Shown one piece after another: positions 25,092-37,962 of a stretch of DNA of 64,000 nucleotides. This stretch comes from Antedon mediterranea (taxonomy: Eukaryota > Animalia > Echinodermata), in the NCBI RefSeq assembly GCF_964355755.1, contig NC_092676.1, positions 21,160,871-21,224,870 on the forward strand. The letters are read 5' to 3'. Both the position numbers and the translations under genes were made by a program. The notes under the pieces were generated by a model that saw only the letters and a list, made by a program, of their open reading frames with translations, was not told the origin of the DNA and searched no databases. Each line of letters begins with the position of its first letter. Position 1 is the first letter of the stretch.

Positions 25092-25567
25092 TGTGACACT
25101 GCTAAGCCTATGACGCTTTTCCAGCTCTATTACGCTCTTTCTAGCCCTACTTTAATTGATGACTAAATAAATGTGGAATAAAATGAAAAAAAAAATGAAA
25201 TGAAAACATGACGCTCTTCCTAGCCCTATATGACGCTCTTCATAGCCCTATACGACGCTCTTCCTAGCCTTATATGATGCTCTTCCTAGCCCTATGAAGC
25301 TCTTCATAGCCCTATATGACGCTCTTCCTCGCCATTATGTCGCTCTCCCTAGCCTTATGACGCTCTCCCTTGCCCTATGACGCTCTCCCTTGCCCTATGA
25401 CGCTCTCCCTAGCCCCATGACGCTCTCCTAGCCCCATGGCGTCATATACGACACCACATACGGCACCCTATACGATGCACTACCCTGACGCTCGGTACTA
25501 GCCTGCTAACGCTCGGTACTAGCCTGCTGACGCTCGGTACTAGCCTGCTGACGCTCGGCACCAGCCC
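25092..25567. repeat. Minisatellite array, 19-21-bp unit (TGACGCTCTYCCTAGCCCTA), ending in a TGACGCTCGGTACTAGCCTGC variant block
   Basis: About 20 visible units. Confidence 0.9.
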
Positions 25568-26513
25568 TGTAAACATTGTCTTTAGCTTAGTAATATATGA
25601 GTATAGAAATCATCACGTCTTACGTTATCTCTGTTTCCATTTGATCTACACAATTTGAAAATAAATCAAGATTAGATAGAAATTATAAGATAAATATTAG
25701 ATTTGATTAGGTTAGCCTTTGAGTGATGTTACTATGTATCCATTGCATAAAAATAATACCAAGCTATAGCCCATGTAATATTAAAGTTCATCTTCGGGAC
25801 AAAACGTCATTGTTGATAGTCATGAACAACTGTGTTCGCTTAAGGGATGTGAATTAGTGTATTGATTTTCTAGGTAATCTGTTTTCTTTCTATTTAAACT
25901 TATTACACTACATATCAAATAACCAATTTGTTTTATAGAAAAAAAGAAAATTAGTCTGTAATATTCCTAAGGGTATTAATATTATGAATATAATAATGCT
26001 TAGGTGAAACACAAGAAATTATATGTAAACTCACAAAGACCATTAAACTATAAAGTAAAACACAGTTTACATGCTAGTTCGGTATAGTCATAGTCATATT
26101 AATTTCTATGAGATAATATCATAAACATAATTTAGAAAACATCAAAGAAAGTGCGTCATATTGCAAACATAATTTCATCTTCGTTGCAAATTGATTTCAA
26201 ATTTAATCTTAAATTTAGCCTAACATTACAAATATGTTAAAGTATACGGATGGTTAATGTGTACGTGAAATGTTGAAGATCGAGTTACAACAGCAGCGGT
26301 TGACGTAGACTTACACACTTACTTGAGGCATAACATAACGATATCAAGTGAATTTCTGTGCAAGTTATTTAAATGATATTTTAGATCGCAACCGTTAGAC
26401 GAATGAATTAGGAGAAGCATTGTACCGTACCGTACCTGTGTTAGGCCTAGCAAACCAACTTTGATGCATTATTTACAAGTTATATTCGAATTATCTGAAC
26501 AATAATTTGATGC

Positions 26514-26716
26514 CATGACGCTCTCCCTAGCCTATTGACGCTCTTCCTAGTCTAGTGTCGCTCTCCCTGGCATTGTGACGCTCTCCAATGGTCTTGTGAC
26601 GCTCCCCAAAAGTCTTATGACGCTCTCCCATGCCATGTGACGCTTTCCTATAGTCATGTTGACGCTCTCCCCATGCCTTGTGACGCTTTAACTATCGATG
26701 TGACGCTTCCCCTAAC
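26514..26716. repeat. Second, more diverged array of the same ~20-bp TGACGCTCT unit
   Basis: About 10 units in the same orientation as 25092-25567. Confidence 0.85.
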
Positions 26717-27286
26717 CCGTCATTTTGAGATGCAATGCGACCAATAGTGAACTTGTACAACAATACTTCAGTAAATCAACTAGGAATCATAACACTTACA
26801 AAACAAATTGTATGTAAACCGTACCCAAGTGAGTTTAAACATGTATTTAACGTACTGTATGAAAACGTATCCATTTACTAGTTTGTTACGGTATATGGCG
26901 GTCAGCCACATTTGTTGTATTATCATTACTGCTATTCCCAGAAAATCTTGATCCTTAAGGAAGTGATCCTAAGTATTTCTACATTAGCCTATACTCAATA
27001 GAATAGATATGTTGGAACAAAGTCGTTCAAATTTTAGTTTAGGGCCTACTCTTAATAAATTGTTTCAACAATCTAAACTAGAAGTCTAGATAATGTTACC
27101 AATTTAATTAAAATGTGTTTGGCTAGATTTTTATTTGTTTCAATACGGTCATTCTTTCAGGGATGAATTATTTAAGTGTGTTTTTTACAGTAAAGCTATA
27201 GACCAAATACATGTTTCTAACAATCAGTTCTTGTTTCTTTACACTGCACTTAGTTTGGTTCCAATCGAATGCGTTTGAATGAATTA

Positions 27287-27421
27287 AGCTTGGTTTTCAC
27301 TTGGACGCAACGCAATGACGAAAGCGCAACGCCTGTGATGGATTATCCGAACTGTCGGTTATCATCAATTCTTTTGCGTTGTGCTTACTTCCTTGCGTTG
27401 CGTCCTAATGGGAACCCAGCT
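27287..27421. mobile_element. MITE family A copy
   Basis: agcttggttttcacttggacgcaacgc...gcgttgcgtcctaatgggaacccagct. Confidence 0.75.
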
Positions 27422-27549
27422 TTAAGTTTCTATTATAGATTTCAACGACGTAATTCTCTTTCCACCGCACCGAACTAACAAATCAATAATATTACATATT
27501 TTGCTACTAAATTCAATTCATTATACTAAATTACTTTGTTACTCTGTTA

Positions 27550-27728
27550 AGCTTGGTTCCCACTAGAACGTAACGCAAGGACGTAAACGCAACGCAAGCG
27601 TTTTAACCAATGACAAGCGAAGTTATAGACAGTTAGCAATCACAAGCGAATAAGCCATCGCTTGTGATTGGTATATTCACTTGCGTTGCGTTACGTCCTT
27701 GCGTTGCGTCGCTAGTGAGAACCACGCT
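27550..27728. mobile_element. MITE family A, best-preserved copy (PIF/Harbinger type, TTA TSD)
   Basis: Near-palindromic. TIR agcttggttcccactag / ctagtgagaaccacgct, flanked by TTA on both sides. Confidence 0.85.
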
Positions 27729-28086
27729 TTACGCTGCAATAATAGTACTTATTCATAAAATTTAAATCAGAAATATTAATAAATGTTTCGAGAACATTAT
27801 GATATTCCTATATAGGCCTATCTATTTATAAAAAAACCAATATTTGTCTCATTAGTATGATGTTGTATGAATTAGTACAGATAGCATTAGGTTAGATAGC
27901 ATTAGGTTTACTAAATGTGTTATTCTACGTACAGTTTTAAAAAGTTGAAAATATATATACAAAATTAAGAAATCATGTTTAATCAAATTAAAAAGATCAA
28001 ACCTTACGAATTTATATACATTCAGAAGTGAGAGAATTAGCCTACAATATCAGAATGAATGTGTTCTTAATCGATAGCTTGAAACT

Positions 28087-28290
28087 TCTTACCTGAAAAA
28101 TAATTGATGCAAAATCCACTATACGATATCTTGTGTATCCCACCTTAGTTCTTTCAATTGTAAATTGTGTTCACATAGGCAGATAATTTCTCAATCTCAT
28201 TTATACCTCGACAAGGCCAGTCCACTGGCCAATGTATATGGTTGAATCTATTTTGCTGTATGACGTCACAAGTAAAATCTTTATTGGTGC
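28087..28290 (-). promoter_or_regulatory. Candidate promoter and non-coding first exon, possibly of the calcitonin gene
   Basis: On the minus strand: CCAAT (~28283-28287), palindromic CRE TGACGTCA (28261-28268), TATAAA (28205-28200), then a CAG|GTAAGA donor at 28093/28092. The calcitonin ATG exon has an acceptor (ttttttgtag at 12561) that needs an upstream donor. Confidence 0.3.
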
Positions 28291-28733
28291 TGTTTGATTT
28301 GTTAATAAGGACTTTGATATTTAATAACACATGTGGGTGATCGCATCTAGGATTGAATGGTCACAAACAATTTAATTGACTATGCATTATCGTCAGTAAA
28401 TATACTGGTAATTGGGATGGTATTCTTTTTTTTCTTCTAGTCACTGATTTGTTTTCAACTAACTAACTCACTATGTATACTATAAAATAATGACGTTCAA
28501 TTAGACGGAACTTACGTACATCTCGTATTTTTTAATTCACGGAGTAGTAGAAATACCTGTAAATAGGTGAAACGGTCAATTAGATAGGCGAGTGATTCAT
28601 AAACGACACATTATCGGCACACAAACATATTTAGTTAATTCTTGAGTTATGACGAGAAGCAAAAGGTGACGACCGTGTTCAGAAATCGTATTATATTTGT
28701 TTATATATTATTTTTAGAATTGTGTTTTTTTAA

Positions 28734-28980
28734 AGATGTATAGTCCCCCCAAAAACATGAAAATGAAGATTAATTCAATCAGAAGTTTAATAGCTTATTT
28801 CGTAGTTTGAATAAAGTTAATCACTTCCGTAGAAAAAACCTTTAAATTACAGTTTTTGCAGGTAAATACATTTTTTTTAATCCAATTTTTGGTCAAAGTG
28901 GATAGCTATTATGGGACATTAAAATGGCAGATTCAAGATAAAAAATTTTAAAAATTATTTTTCAAGGGGACAATACATCT
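28734..28980. mobile_element. Kolobok-like non-autonomous DNA transposon (TTAA TSD)
   Basis: TIR agatgta(t)tgtcccc / ggggacaatacatct, flanked by TTAA. An inverted copy lies at 54554-54909 and fragments near 21700-21803 and 46150-46215. Confidence 0.75.
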
Positions 28981-30390
28981 TTAAGGTAAACACGATTACA
29001 ATAGGTGATTCGATGATTTAAAAAAGAAGGTAGTGGTTATGGTTCTGGACATAAATGTTTTGCTTTGTCTGAACTTAAACATCCTTTGCATTGTATTTTT
29101 AACGAAATTTTAATGGAAAGAGAGGAACCCGACCCATTTTTTCATATCTAAATCGAGCACAGGCATAATCTTGTGTAAATAGTTACACAGATTTAACATC
29201 CGTAAATGATTCAAATTTAGTCGTGCACTTGTGTTATCGCTTTTGGCAGTAATGATACATCTCTAAAGTACACTCGACCCAGATGTAAATTGTAAATCAA
29301 GATATTTACCAAAAGCCATATAATTACCAAAAAACGCAACTGTTTCAAACATTGTTCTTAGTTGTGAGATAATTAGAAGAGTACATTAAATAATTTAACC
29401 ATAATTACATTACAACGATTACCATGTCAGAGTCATCGAATCCATCGGTGATAGGATGTATATTATTTATTTTACCAATGATATGGACGCAGAGGTGCTA
29501 ATTATAAACTGTTATTATCGTTATAGGCCTATTTATATGGAAATAGATTCAATATTGAAAGGAGGAAGCGCCTTCCATGCGCACAATCAATTAACATGAC
29601 GTAACTTAAAGATGGGCTTCTAACCACATGATTGCAGTGTCTGCACTAAAGACACAATTCTGTTTACTAGAAAATTTGCATATTTTAAAAATGTAATTTA
29701 AAAACCGCAAAATAGTGTGTGGTTGGATGGCTTTATTACATTTTCTCTCTGTTTTTCACTTTCGAACTGTTCTAATAATATTTTAACATTAGAATATCTT
29801 GTTGTGCAGGTTCACATCCAATGCAATACCCCCGTGACGTGTTTTTATATTGTGATGGTTATGGCGCAATTGTCTGTTCCAGACCGTTAGAGCATTTTTT
29901 TTACAGTTCGGGTCAAATATGTAGGTATATAATTCATTCCGGATCTGTAAAGCATTAATTCCTGTTTCCACATTAATTGTAAGTATAATATGTAATGGTG
30001 GTATTAAATCGTATATTTGGTCTATAATAAATAAACACATCTCATTTGGTTGTTTATGATGCTTTATTATATTTTCACATAATTATTGGCCTACGCTTAA
30101 ATTTGTCGATACTACGACTTTACTAGAACGGCTAATCAATTTCATAACGTCATTAAATTATGTTAACACGAACGGTTTTAATCAAGTCTCAACCAGGTAA
30201 ATGAATACAAATTGTACTAACATCAAAGGTACTGATGTTGGTTTCCATTATTATTAGACATATCTAACAAACTAAGATGATAATAGTAATATTAACTGTA
30301 TTGTTAGTCGAACGTACTATTTATAAATAGGAGTGGCCTACATTAATCTGACAAAATAACACATTATTTAAAACAAAACAAGATTTTATA

Positions 30391-30575
30391 CTTTTACTTT
30401 GGCCTATGTGAATCCAAATTAGCTGTTTTAAAAAAAAGCTGTAAACAAATCAGAAACATTTCAAAATGGGAAAAATGACTTTTTACTTTGGCCTATATAA
30501 ATTCAAATTAGCTGTTTAAAAAATGTGTGCGTGCGCATGCTCAGAAACATTTCAACATGGGCAAAATTACTTTTG
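30391..30575. repeat. Tandem duplication (~88-bp unit x2)
   Basis: ttttactttggcctat...caaattagctgttt...tcagaaacatttcaa.atggg.aaaa occurs twice. Confidence 0.75.
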
Positions 30576-31954
30576 TACTCGACAGTTGCGTAGTCCTACG
30601 CTCCTGTAACAACGAAAGCCCCTATACGAATAGATATGCATTCTTTAAACATTGTTGTAAATGTTAACGAACTTGAAACTCGCACAACATTAATCATAAC
30701 CGATTTACCTCTTTTAATTACTAATCAATTCATTATTGGCCTATCGAAGAACTATTTGGTTTAATGTTTGAGCTGTCAATTTTATTAACCTTCAATCTTG
30801 TATATGATTGAGAATGATGCTAGCTATTATATTTGCTGTTAATAAAAGAGCTGCTAATTCAAGGATCTCTTGCAAGCCTTTTCTACTGAACTATTAATAC
30901 AACTGATAGAATCTAGATGTAACTAAGAAGGTTCGTGTAAGATACACACGTGATATCGGGAGTTCATGGATATTGGCATACAAACGTGTCCCTTCTGTAT
31001 GCTATATTTCTTGCTGAAATGCATACACATTAGGCCTACTATATTATAAACAGATTTTAACTGTACATTTTCTGCGATAAATAGATTATTATTTTCATGA
31101 ATTTGTATGACATTTGTATCTTGCCTAAAGCTAAATCCAATTACAGATTTGGTAGGCCTACTAAACTTAACTCTTGGAAATATATATGAATATAATAATA
31201 ATAATAATAAGCTTTATTTATTCACGGATACTTACCGTAACTCAACTGATTTCAGTAAGGCCGTGCTCAGAAGAAAACGCACAAATGTATTTGATGTATT
31301 ACTAGACTCAATCGGGAACTCGTAGTGAAAACTCATGCCACTCCACTGTGCAATTAATATTATTTTATTGTTTTTAAAAAAGGAACAGAAAATAATTTAG
31401 ACAATATGGGTACATGCCATGATCAATCATTTTTGGTTAAACATAGGAAAAGAAATATTTAATTATATTCAAGCAAAATGTATGTTACTAAATATTTCCA
31501 TTTTTAACATTGACATTTTACAAAGTCAATTTCAACAACAGAGAGTGTATTATATATGTCGTTATTGTCTGTATCGTAAAACTGGCGATAAAAATACATG
31601 TTGTTTATCGACGTATTGGGATAAAATATATCAACAACATGATGCTTTAGAAAGAATAAACAACTCGTGTTTTTTTAGCTTTTGCAGATATTTTTAAAAG
31701 TCGTTTTATGTATTTTAGTGTATTTTAGTGAATTTGTTATTATAAATCATGCACGGCAAATGATTGGTTACACAATATGATACGTATTCTTTTTAGGCAT
31801 AACAATCTGAATGTCCAGTTCTTAATTTGTTCAACAATAAATTATGAAAAGAGGTGGGATTTATAATACCGTTTTATTATGTACATTTATTATCTTGTCG
31901 TGGGTTGGTACATCTTTTTTTAAACCTTAGTATTTGGTACGTCCCCATCAGAAG

Positions 31955-32207
31955 CCAATGTAAAAGACGGACACACATCAACGCAAGTACACTTGTTAAG
32001 CAACGCAGCGCAAGGACGTACGCGCAACGCAAGCGAGTTGACCAATGACAAGCCACTGTTCAAATAATCCATCACTTGTGATTGGTCAAATCACTTACGT
32101 TGCGTTACACCTTACGTTGCCTCGCTAGTGAGAACCAAACCTTATTTGTATAAATTGGCTGCGCTGCGTGTACGTATTTGTGTTGCGTCCTAGTGCCAAC
32201 CCAGCTT
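31955..32207. mobile_element. MITE family A copies (nested or overlapping)
   Basis: aacgcaag...gaccaatgacaag...cttgtgattggtcaa...cgctagtgagaaccaaacc. Confidence 0.7.
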
Positions 32208-32965
32208 TTTTTCTTTGATAATTTTGGTTTCTGCTTTGTGAGCATTTAAACAAAATTTAATCATCTAATGACGTTTTAAGATTGCAATATTCATAAATGT
32301 ATTTCAATATCAGTAATGATATTCCAGGTAATATTATATTCACTTTATGTAATTAATAACATGTACTTATCACTAATGTAAAGACAATAATAATATTAAT
32401 AATAAAAACCATTAGTTTGGTCAGAGAAATTTCTGTAGCATTAGCAGTTCAGCAGTCACTAGAACGTCTCACTCCAAAATCATGTAAATCAACGCGTAAC
32501 GAAGTGAATAACAAACTGAATAATTCATGGTACTTTTTTGGTGATCGTTGCATATTTTAGTTGATTTACTTTCAACATCAAATGCGGTACTTATTCTTTG
32601 AATTGACGCTTTTAAATTTTGCCTAAGGGGATCAATACGTCAAGTTAAGACAATAGAAAAAAAAATCAACTTACATTTATTCTGTATGTGGAAATCTAAT
32701 AGAATGAAAAAGTTACAATAGAGAGACTCTACATGCTTATTAGGTATCTCAGCTTTAAATTGAAGTTAGCATATCTGCCAACGTTGTCTGATGAAGTATA
32801 TATTATTAATGTAATATTTGAACCTGTTGAGTATCTAAACATATGGCAAAAGACATCAAAAACATTATTATTAATTAATGGAATTTCATTTCGATGTTGG
32901 TCATAATTCTTCCAAAGAAATACAATCTTCCTTAAAAATACACACCTATAAAATACGCTCTTCCT

Positions 32966-33023
32966 AAACAAGGCCATATACATGGCTGCAGTCGCGTGCT
33001 CAAGTTAGTGTTTACCGACCAAC
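32966..33023 (-). mobile_element. HINE-like 3' fragment
   Basis: Nearly identical to 2421-2472. Confidence 0.7.
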
Positions 33024-34043
33024 ATATTGAGCTGTAGAATACGATCCTGTATAATACTCTCTCTTTAAAACTTAATAAAAGTTACAATTTCAATTAAAAA
33101 AATACAATCTTCCTAAAAATACCCTCTTAACTGATAAATGGCAGCTTCTCCTGTTGTATCGAGGAAAGTTTTATTCTAATAACCTCAACATGACCTTAAA
33201 AAAAATTCATATGTGATTCTGTATCATAGAACTTTCCTAATATCTCAACAAAATAATATACAGTACGGAAAATTTGGTGTAATATTCATATTACAAGACG
33301 AAACATAGACATTGCACAATATTCAATACTCCACTTAATAACGGTATCAATCTCACAATTTAATACGATTCTATAACCTAATCGTTATAACTTTAAATAA
33401 ACGTTTTTGCATGTAATTTGATATAAGATGGCCTATATTATCCCGTTTATGAGATATATCATGTACAAATTGAATATCGAGAACCATATGTATATACTAC
33501 GCATCTAGTCAGCTTTTTTCTTGTATTATTTAGTACGAACAAACGGCAATCAAAATGTTGTTGTTGTAAAAGCGCCGCTAATTATTAGTTTATGTGAGAA
33601 ATGTACGCCATATAAATGTTAATGTTAATGCTTAAAGAAACAGGCATTTTGTTACTTTAGAACAACATTGAATTTAAATAATGAAGAGTTTCTATTTAAT
33701 GAAAGTGATCAAGATAAAATGGAAGTTTCATACTTAATGAAAACAAGGCTACTGATAGTCTTGATTAAAATATTGGATGAGTTATTTTGAAGTTGGAGTT
33801 AATTTTCATAAGCACTGTTTTGTGAAAATAGTTTAGTAGATTGGCAATAAAAATGCGGCAATACCAATACATAAATAAGATTGAGAAAAAAATGTAAAAC
33901 GGATGATATCATTATAATGGTCAACGCTTAAAATAAGTGTATTGCAAGACTAATAAAAGTGCATTCAGATTAAAAGATTATTCCCTTATTCGGGTATATA
34001 TTCATTCGTACTAAGGCGATGGACTCGGGCGATGCAACAGTAA

Positions 34044-34130
34044 AGCTCCGTCTACACTAACAAACAAAATGTGTGATATGCCCATATTATAGACATTTGG
34101 GCACATCACACTATTTTTGTAGACAGAGCT
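34044..34130. mobile_element. MITE family E
   Basis: TIR agctccgtctaca / tgtagacagagct. Confidence 0.65.
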
Positions 34131-35206
34131 AAATACACGTGCATCTTGGTTGTGCTTTATCATTTTGTGCCTTAGTAAGAGGTGAATGTGAGTTTGGTGT
34201 AATAGGTATGCATCTTTTCCACCGTTAAAAACCTTGTTCAAATCCTGCTGAATCTTTAAAAAAAATAATGAAAGAAAGAAAACTTGTTTATTTTTTTTTC
34301 TGAACGATTTATTTTCGGTGTTATTTAATCATAATATAAATCTTCTCCACTTCCATCTCGTTTATATACTACAGCAGCTGATGCTTTTTAGGTGGCTGGT
34401 AGTTAGCCTTCAGCGCTATCCAACTAATGGATGTGTATTTTGTAATCGTACTCTTCCTTTACATTTTGATACGTTTGAACATATATCAGAAAATTAAAAA
34501 CCCGGATTTTATTATTTAATTAGATATTTAATCACTTTTCGGACTATTACACTCCCATTGTCTAATTTGTAATTGATAATCTAACGTAGCGTATTTAATT
34601 GCAACTGACATAATCGGTGCATCTTCATCTTACTACTCGAATTATATGTTGATAAAACCTTCTATTAAAGTCTGTTATTAGATTATGAGTGTCAGGACGA
34701 CAATGCAGATTTTCATTGACGCGTGTATTTGCCCTTAGGAGGAGCAAATCACTCAGATAGCCAAGAGGATGTCAAGAAAATAGTGTAAAATAATCACGAC
34801 TATTAGAAATAGTGAGAAAGACACTATTATCTGATTCGGAAAAATGAGTGGGGATAGAATCTTTTTACAGCTTAAGGCTCTAGAAGACAATATCTATCGG
34901 TCCGTACTAACGGAAATAATAACAACCTGACGTTTTTAAGCATAATTTCTGTTAACAACCGCGTTCTATGTTTACTTTGTTTTCTGCCTGAGGTCGGACA
35001 ATCTATCACGTTTGTATAATAATGATGCCTCTTACATAATGCTGATTAGTATAAGACTTTCCGATAATATGATAATACAAGGGTATATATTGTTCTCGAT
35101 CTTGTACTGGATAGCCTAGCTCTTGATAAACTAATATACTAATAATCTAACTTACTTTTTGTTACCGAAAATACTTTATTGTTAATGATGATAATTGTAT
35201 ATAATA

Positions 35207-35329
35207 TTTTTTATTTGCGTGGACGCGACTCTATAGTTCACTATGTCGGTCGGTCGGTCTGTCGGTCTGTCTGTCGGTCCGGTATCACTATGCGTTTTAG
35301 CACGCGACTTATGGCTGTTGGCCTTGTTT
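35207..35329 (+). mobile_element. Minimal (~120 bp) HINE-like element
   Basis: Same 5' end and microsatellite as 13180, joined directly to the cacgcgact...ggccttgttt 3' end. Confidence 0.75.
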
Positions 35330-37749
35330 AATATTAGATTTGGAATTAAACTGTATGTTTAAATGTGTCTTCTTGGTTGAATGTCACTTCTATTAATAAC
35401 TTGGTAAATTCTCAAATTGTTTTGAAAGAGACATATAGGCCTACACGAGATTCTAGCAATTTATTCTTTTCTCTGTAGGCCTACTGTTAATTTATGTAAG
35501 AAATGTCGATACTGTAAGGCAGTAAACCAGTTTGTAGATTTGTTTTTCTTACAACAAGAATAAAGTTCAACATTGTCTATTACACGTGTTATGTATGAAA
35601 GCTAGATATTGACAATATATTTTTAAAAAACAGTAACTGACTACAGTATAACAAACTAATTCATTTTATGCGTTTAAACGGAACGCGAATCACACTTTTG
35701 AAACGAATCTTGTAGACTTGAAAACATTTCTTCAAGATGACTTCAAGCAAACAGTAGATCAGGGCGTCCCAAAGAATACATTTTACATACTTAAATGATA
35801 CGGAACAAAATAGGTTCTATTTTACTAAAAGTAAAATAGGCTCATGTTACTTGCTTACGCAAATGATATAACTCAACTGCACCGTCTTACTAAAATATAA
35901 TATTGTTGAAATATGATTAAATTATAGTTTTCTAGTACTTAAGATTTGTTTAGCCTTTCAACAAATCTTATTTATATTTCAATATATTATTGTTTGAACG
36001 TGTTCCATTTGTTTGTGTAATATCTTATTTTCTTCGTGCAATCTTATAACTTTACCAAATGTGTTAATAGAGGATGTACGTTTATAATGTTATCCTAACA
36101 AGAACACGTATTACCAATAACAATATATTGGAATAGTATAAAGATAATAGATGGAAATAATGGATTTGAAAATATTTGAATTATAATTTAATATAAGCGT
36201 TGATATTAAAAGTAGGTCTATGGAATGTGCACCGGTGAATGTAAAAGTTCGAAGAAAAGCTTGCAAAATTTGCCAATCTGAAAAGTTGTTATACAAATGT
36301 CTTTAATATTTTCGATAAGGTTGGTGTAGCTATTGTACCTATTTTTTTGTATTTTTTCACGTAAGCTTTTTTGATATATTTTCGTCTAGTTTTCTGTAGT
36401 TGGTGTTTGTATGTTCTGATAAAGATTATTTATGTATTATATATGTTGTAATGTTTTATGCTAGACCTTTTGAAAAACAACAATGTTACTTTTGTGGGAC
36501 AACGATGACATTGTTATCCAGTGGAAATATGTTTATAAATAAATTTAATTGATTGAATTTCAAACTAAATCTCGATTAATTATTTTTCCCCCAAATCGAG
36601 TAATCTGATTGGCTAATATGAACTTAAAATCAAGTTAATGACCCCATTGCTTTTCAGTCGCCCTTTCCTCTTTAGACTAGTCCAGATAGTCATATTTCCA
36701 CTCTAATAAGATGCTGTAGGCATTTCGTGTTAAAAGCGAATAAACATGTGTTTTAGGGTAATTTTGGGGTGCTGAATTCAAATTTGCTGTTTACCAAGCT
36801 CAATTTGTAGATCTTCACCCTTAAAATGTGAAAAACAAAATGGCCGCCATTTCAGACTTATTTTGGCTTATAACTTGATTTTAAGTGATGTAGCAAGTTA
36901 AAAATAGTGTCTATACCTATGTTTGTGATAGTGAAAATTCCAACTATATTGTTGTTATACTTCTATTTCAGCCGCCATGTTGAAATCCAAGATGGCCGCC
37001 ATTTTAAACGTATTTTGGCTTATAACTTGACTTTTAATTAACATAGCAAGTTAACAATAGTTTCTATACCTATGTTTGTGATACTAAGGATTCCAAATAT
37101 ATTGTTATTAAAGTTGTAAATATTCTATTTCAGCCTCCATGTTGGAATTCAAGATGGTCGCCATTTAAAACGTATTTTGGCTTATAACTTAACATATAAG
37201 TAACATAGTAGGTTAGAAATGATGTATATACAGTACCTATGTTTGTGATACTGAGGATTCCAAATATATTGTTATTAAAGTTGTAAACAGCCGCCATGTT
37301 GAAATCAAAGATGGCGCCTATTTTAAACACACACACAGGGTAGTAACAAGTGCGAGGCAAACAAACAAATGAAAATTAAAAACTCACAAAGGGATTGTTG
37401 TTTATGTGTAAAATATTTTAAAACGAGATAGATGATAATGATGATCATTGTCAAGTGTTTAGAAAAATATAAGACAATTCATGAAAAAAGGAGGTAATAC
37501 GGAATTCATAAATGTAAAAATGTTACTGCAGATGACATTTGGAATTAACAAAAAATGTGTTAAATAATATGATTTAATGACATGAGATAATAGGAATGTG
37601 AATAAAAGTAGTGTTTGCGCCACAAAAGAGAAAAAAAATATATATATACAGTATATAAACATCACAGAATAAATTCTAATCCGCCCGATATAATGAAATT
37701 TAATTAATTAGAAAAAATAAAAATGACGAAACCTGTGAGAATGAGAAAA

Positions 37750-37820
37750 AGCCCTCTCCGAGATTCAAACCCGGAACCTCCTGCTTGATATGCAGATCTC
37801 CTAACCATTAGACCACTGGG
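37750..37820 (-). mobile_element. tRNA-derived SINE head / pseudo-tRNA
   Basis: The minus strand has A box tggtctaatgg, an anticodon-like stem ctgc-atatcaa-gcag and B box ggtttgaatc. The acceptor stem and anticodon loop are imperfect. A second copy lies at 51541-51611. Confidence 0.6.
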
Positions 37821-37878
37821 GTTTTCATTGTATTGTTCCAATTCGATTGTGCGAGGCAGCGAGGCACACCAAATATAA

Positions 37879-37962
37879 GTGTGAGGCATGCGAGGCATAT
37901 AGTTTACAATTTCAAAAAGGTGCGAGGCATATAGTTTACAATTTCAAAAAGGTGCGAGGCAT
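37879..37962. repeat. 32-bp tandem repeat (tgcgaggcatatagtttacaatttcaaaaagg x2) with extra gcgaggca motifs
   Basis: Directly visible. Confidence 0.8.

Noticed and set aside
25092-26716. CRISPR-like array
   Set aside because: Units are contiguous and mutually similar with no unique spacers, there are no cas genes, and the context is eukaryotic.
37750-37820. Functional tRNA gene
   Set aside because: Poor acceptor stem, non-canonical anticodon loop and a diverged second copy, so treated as SINE-derived.
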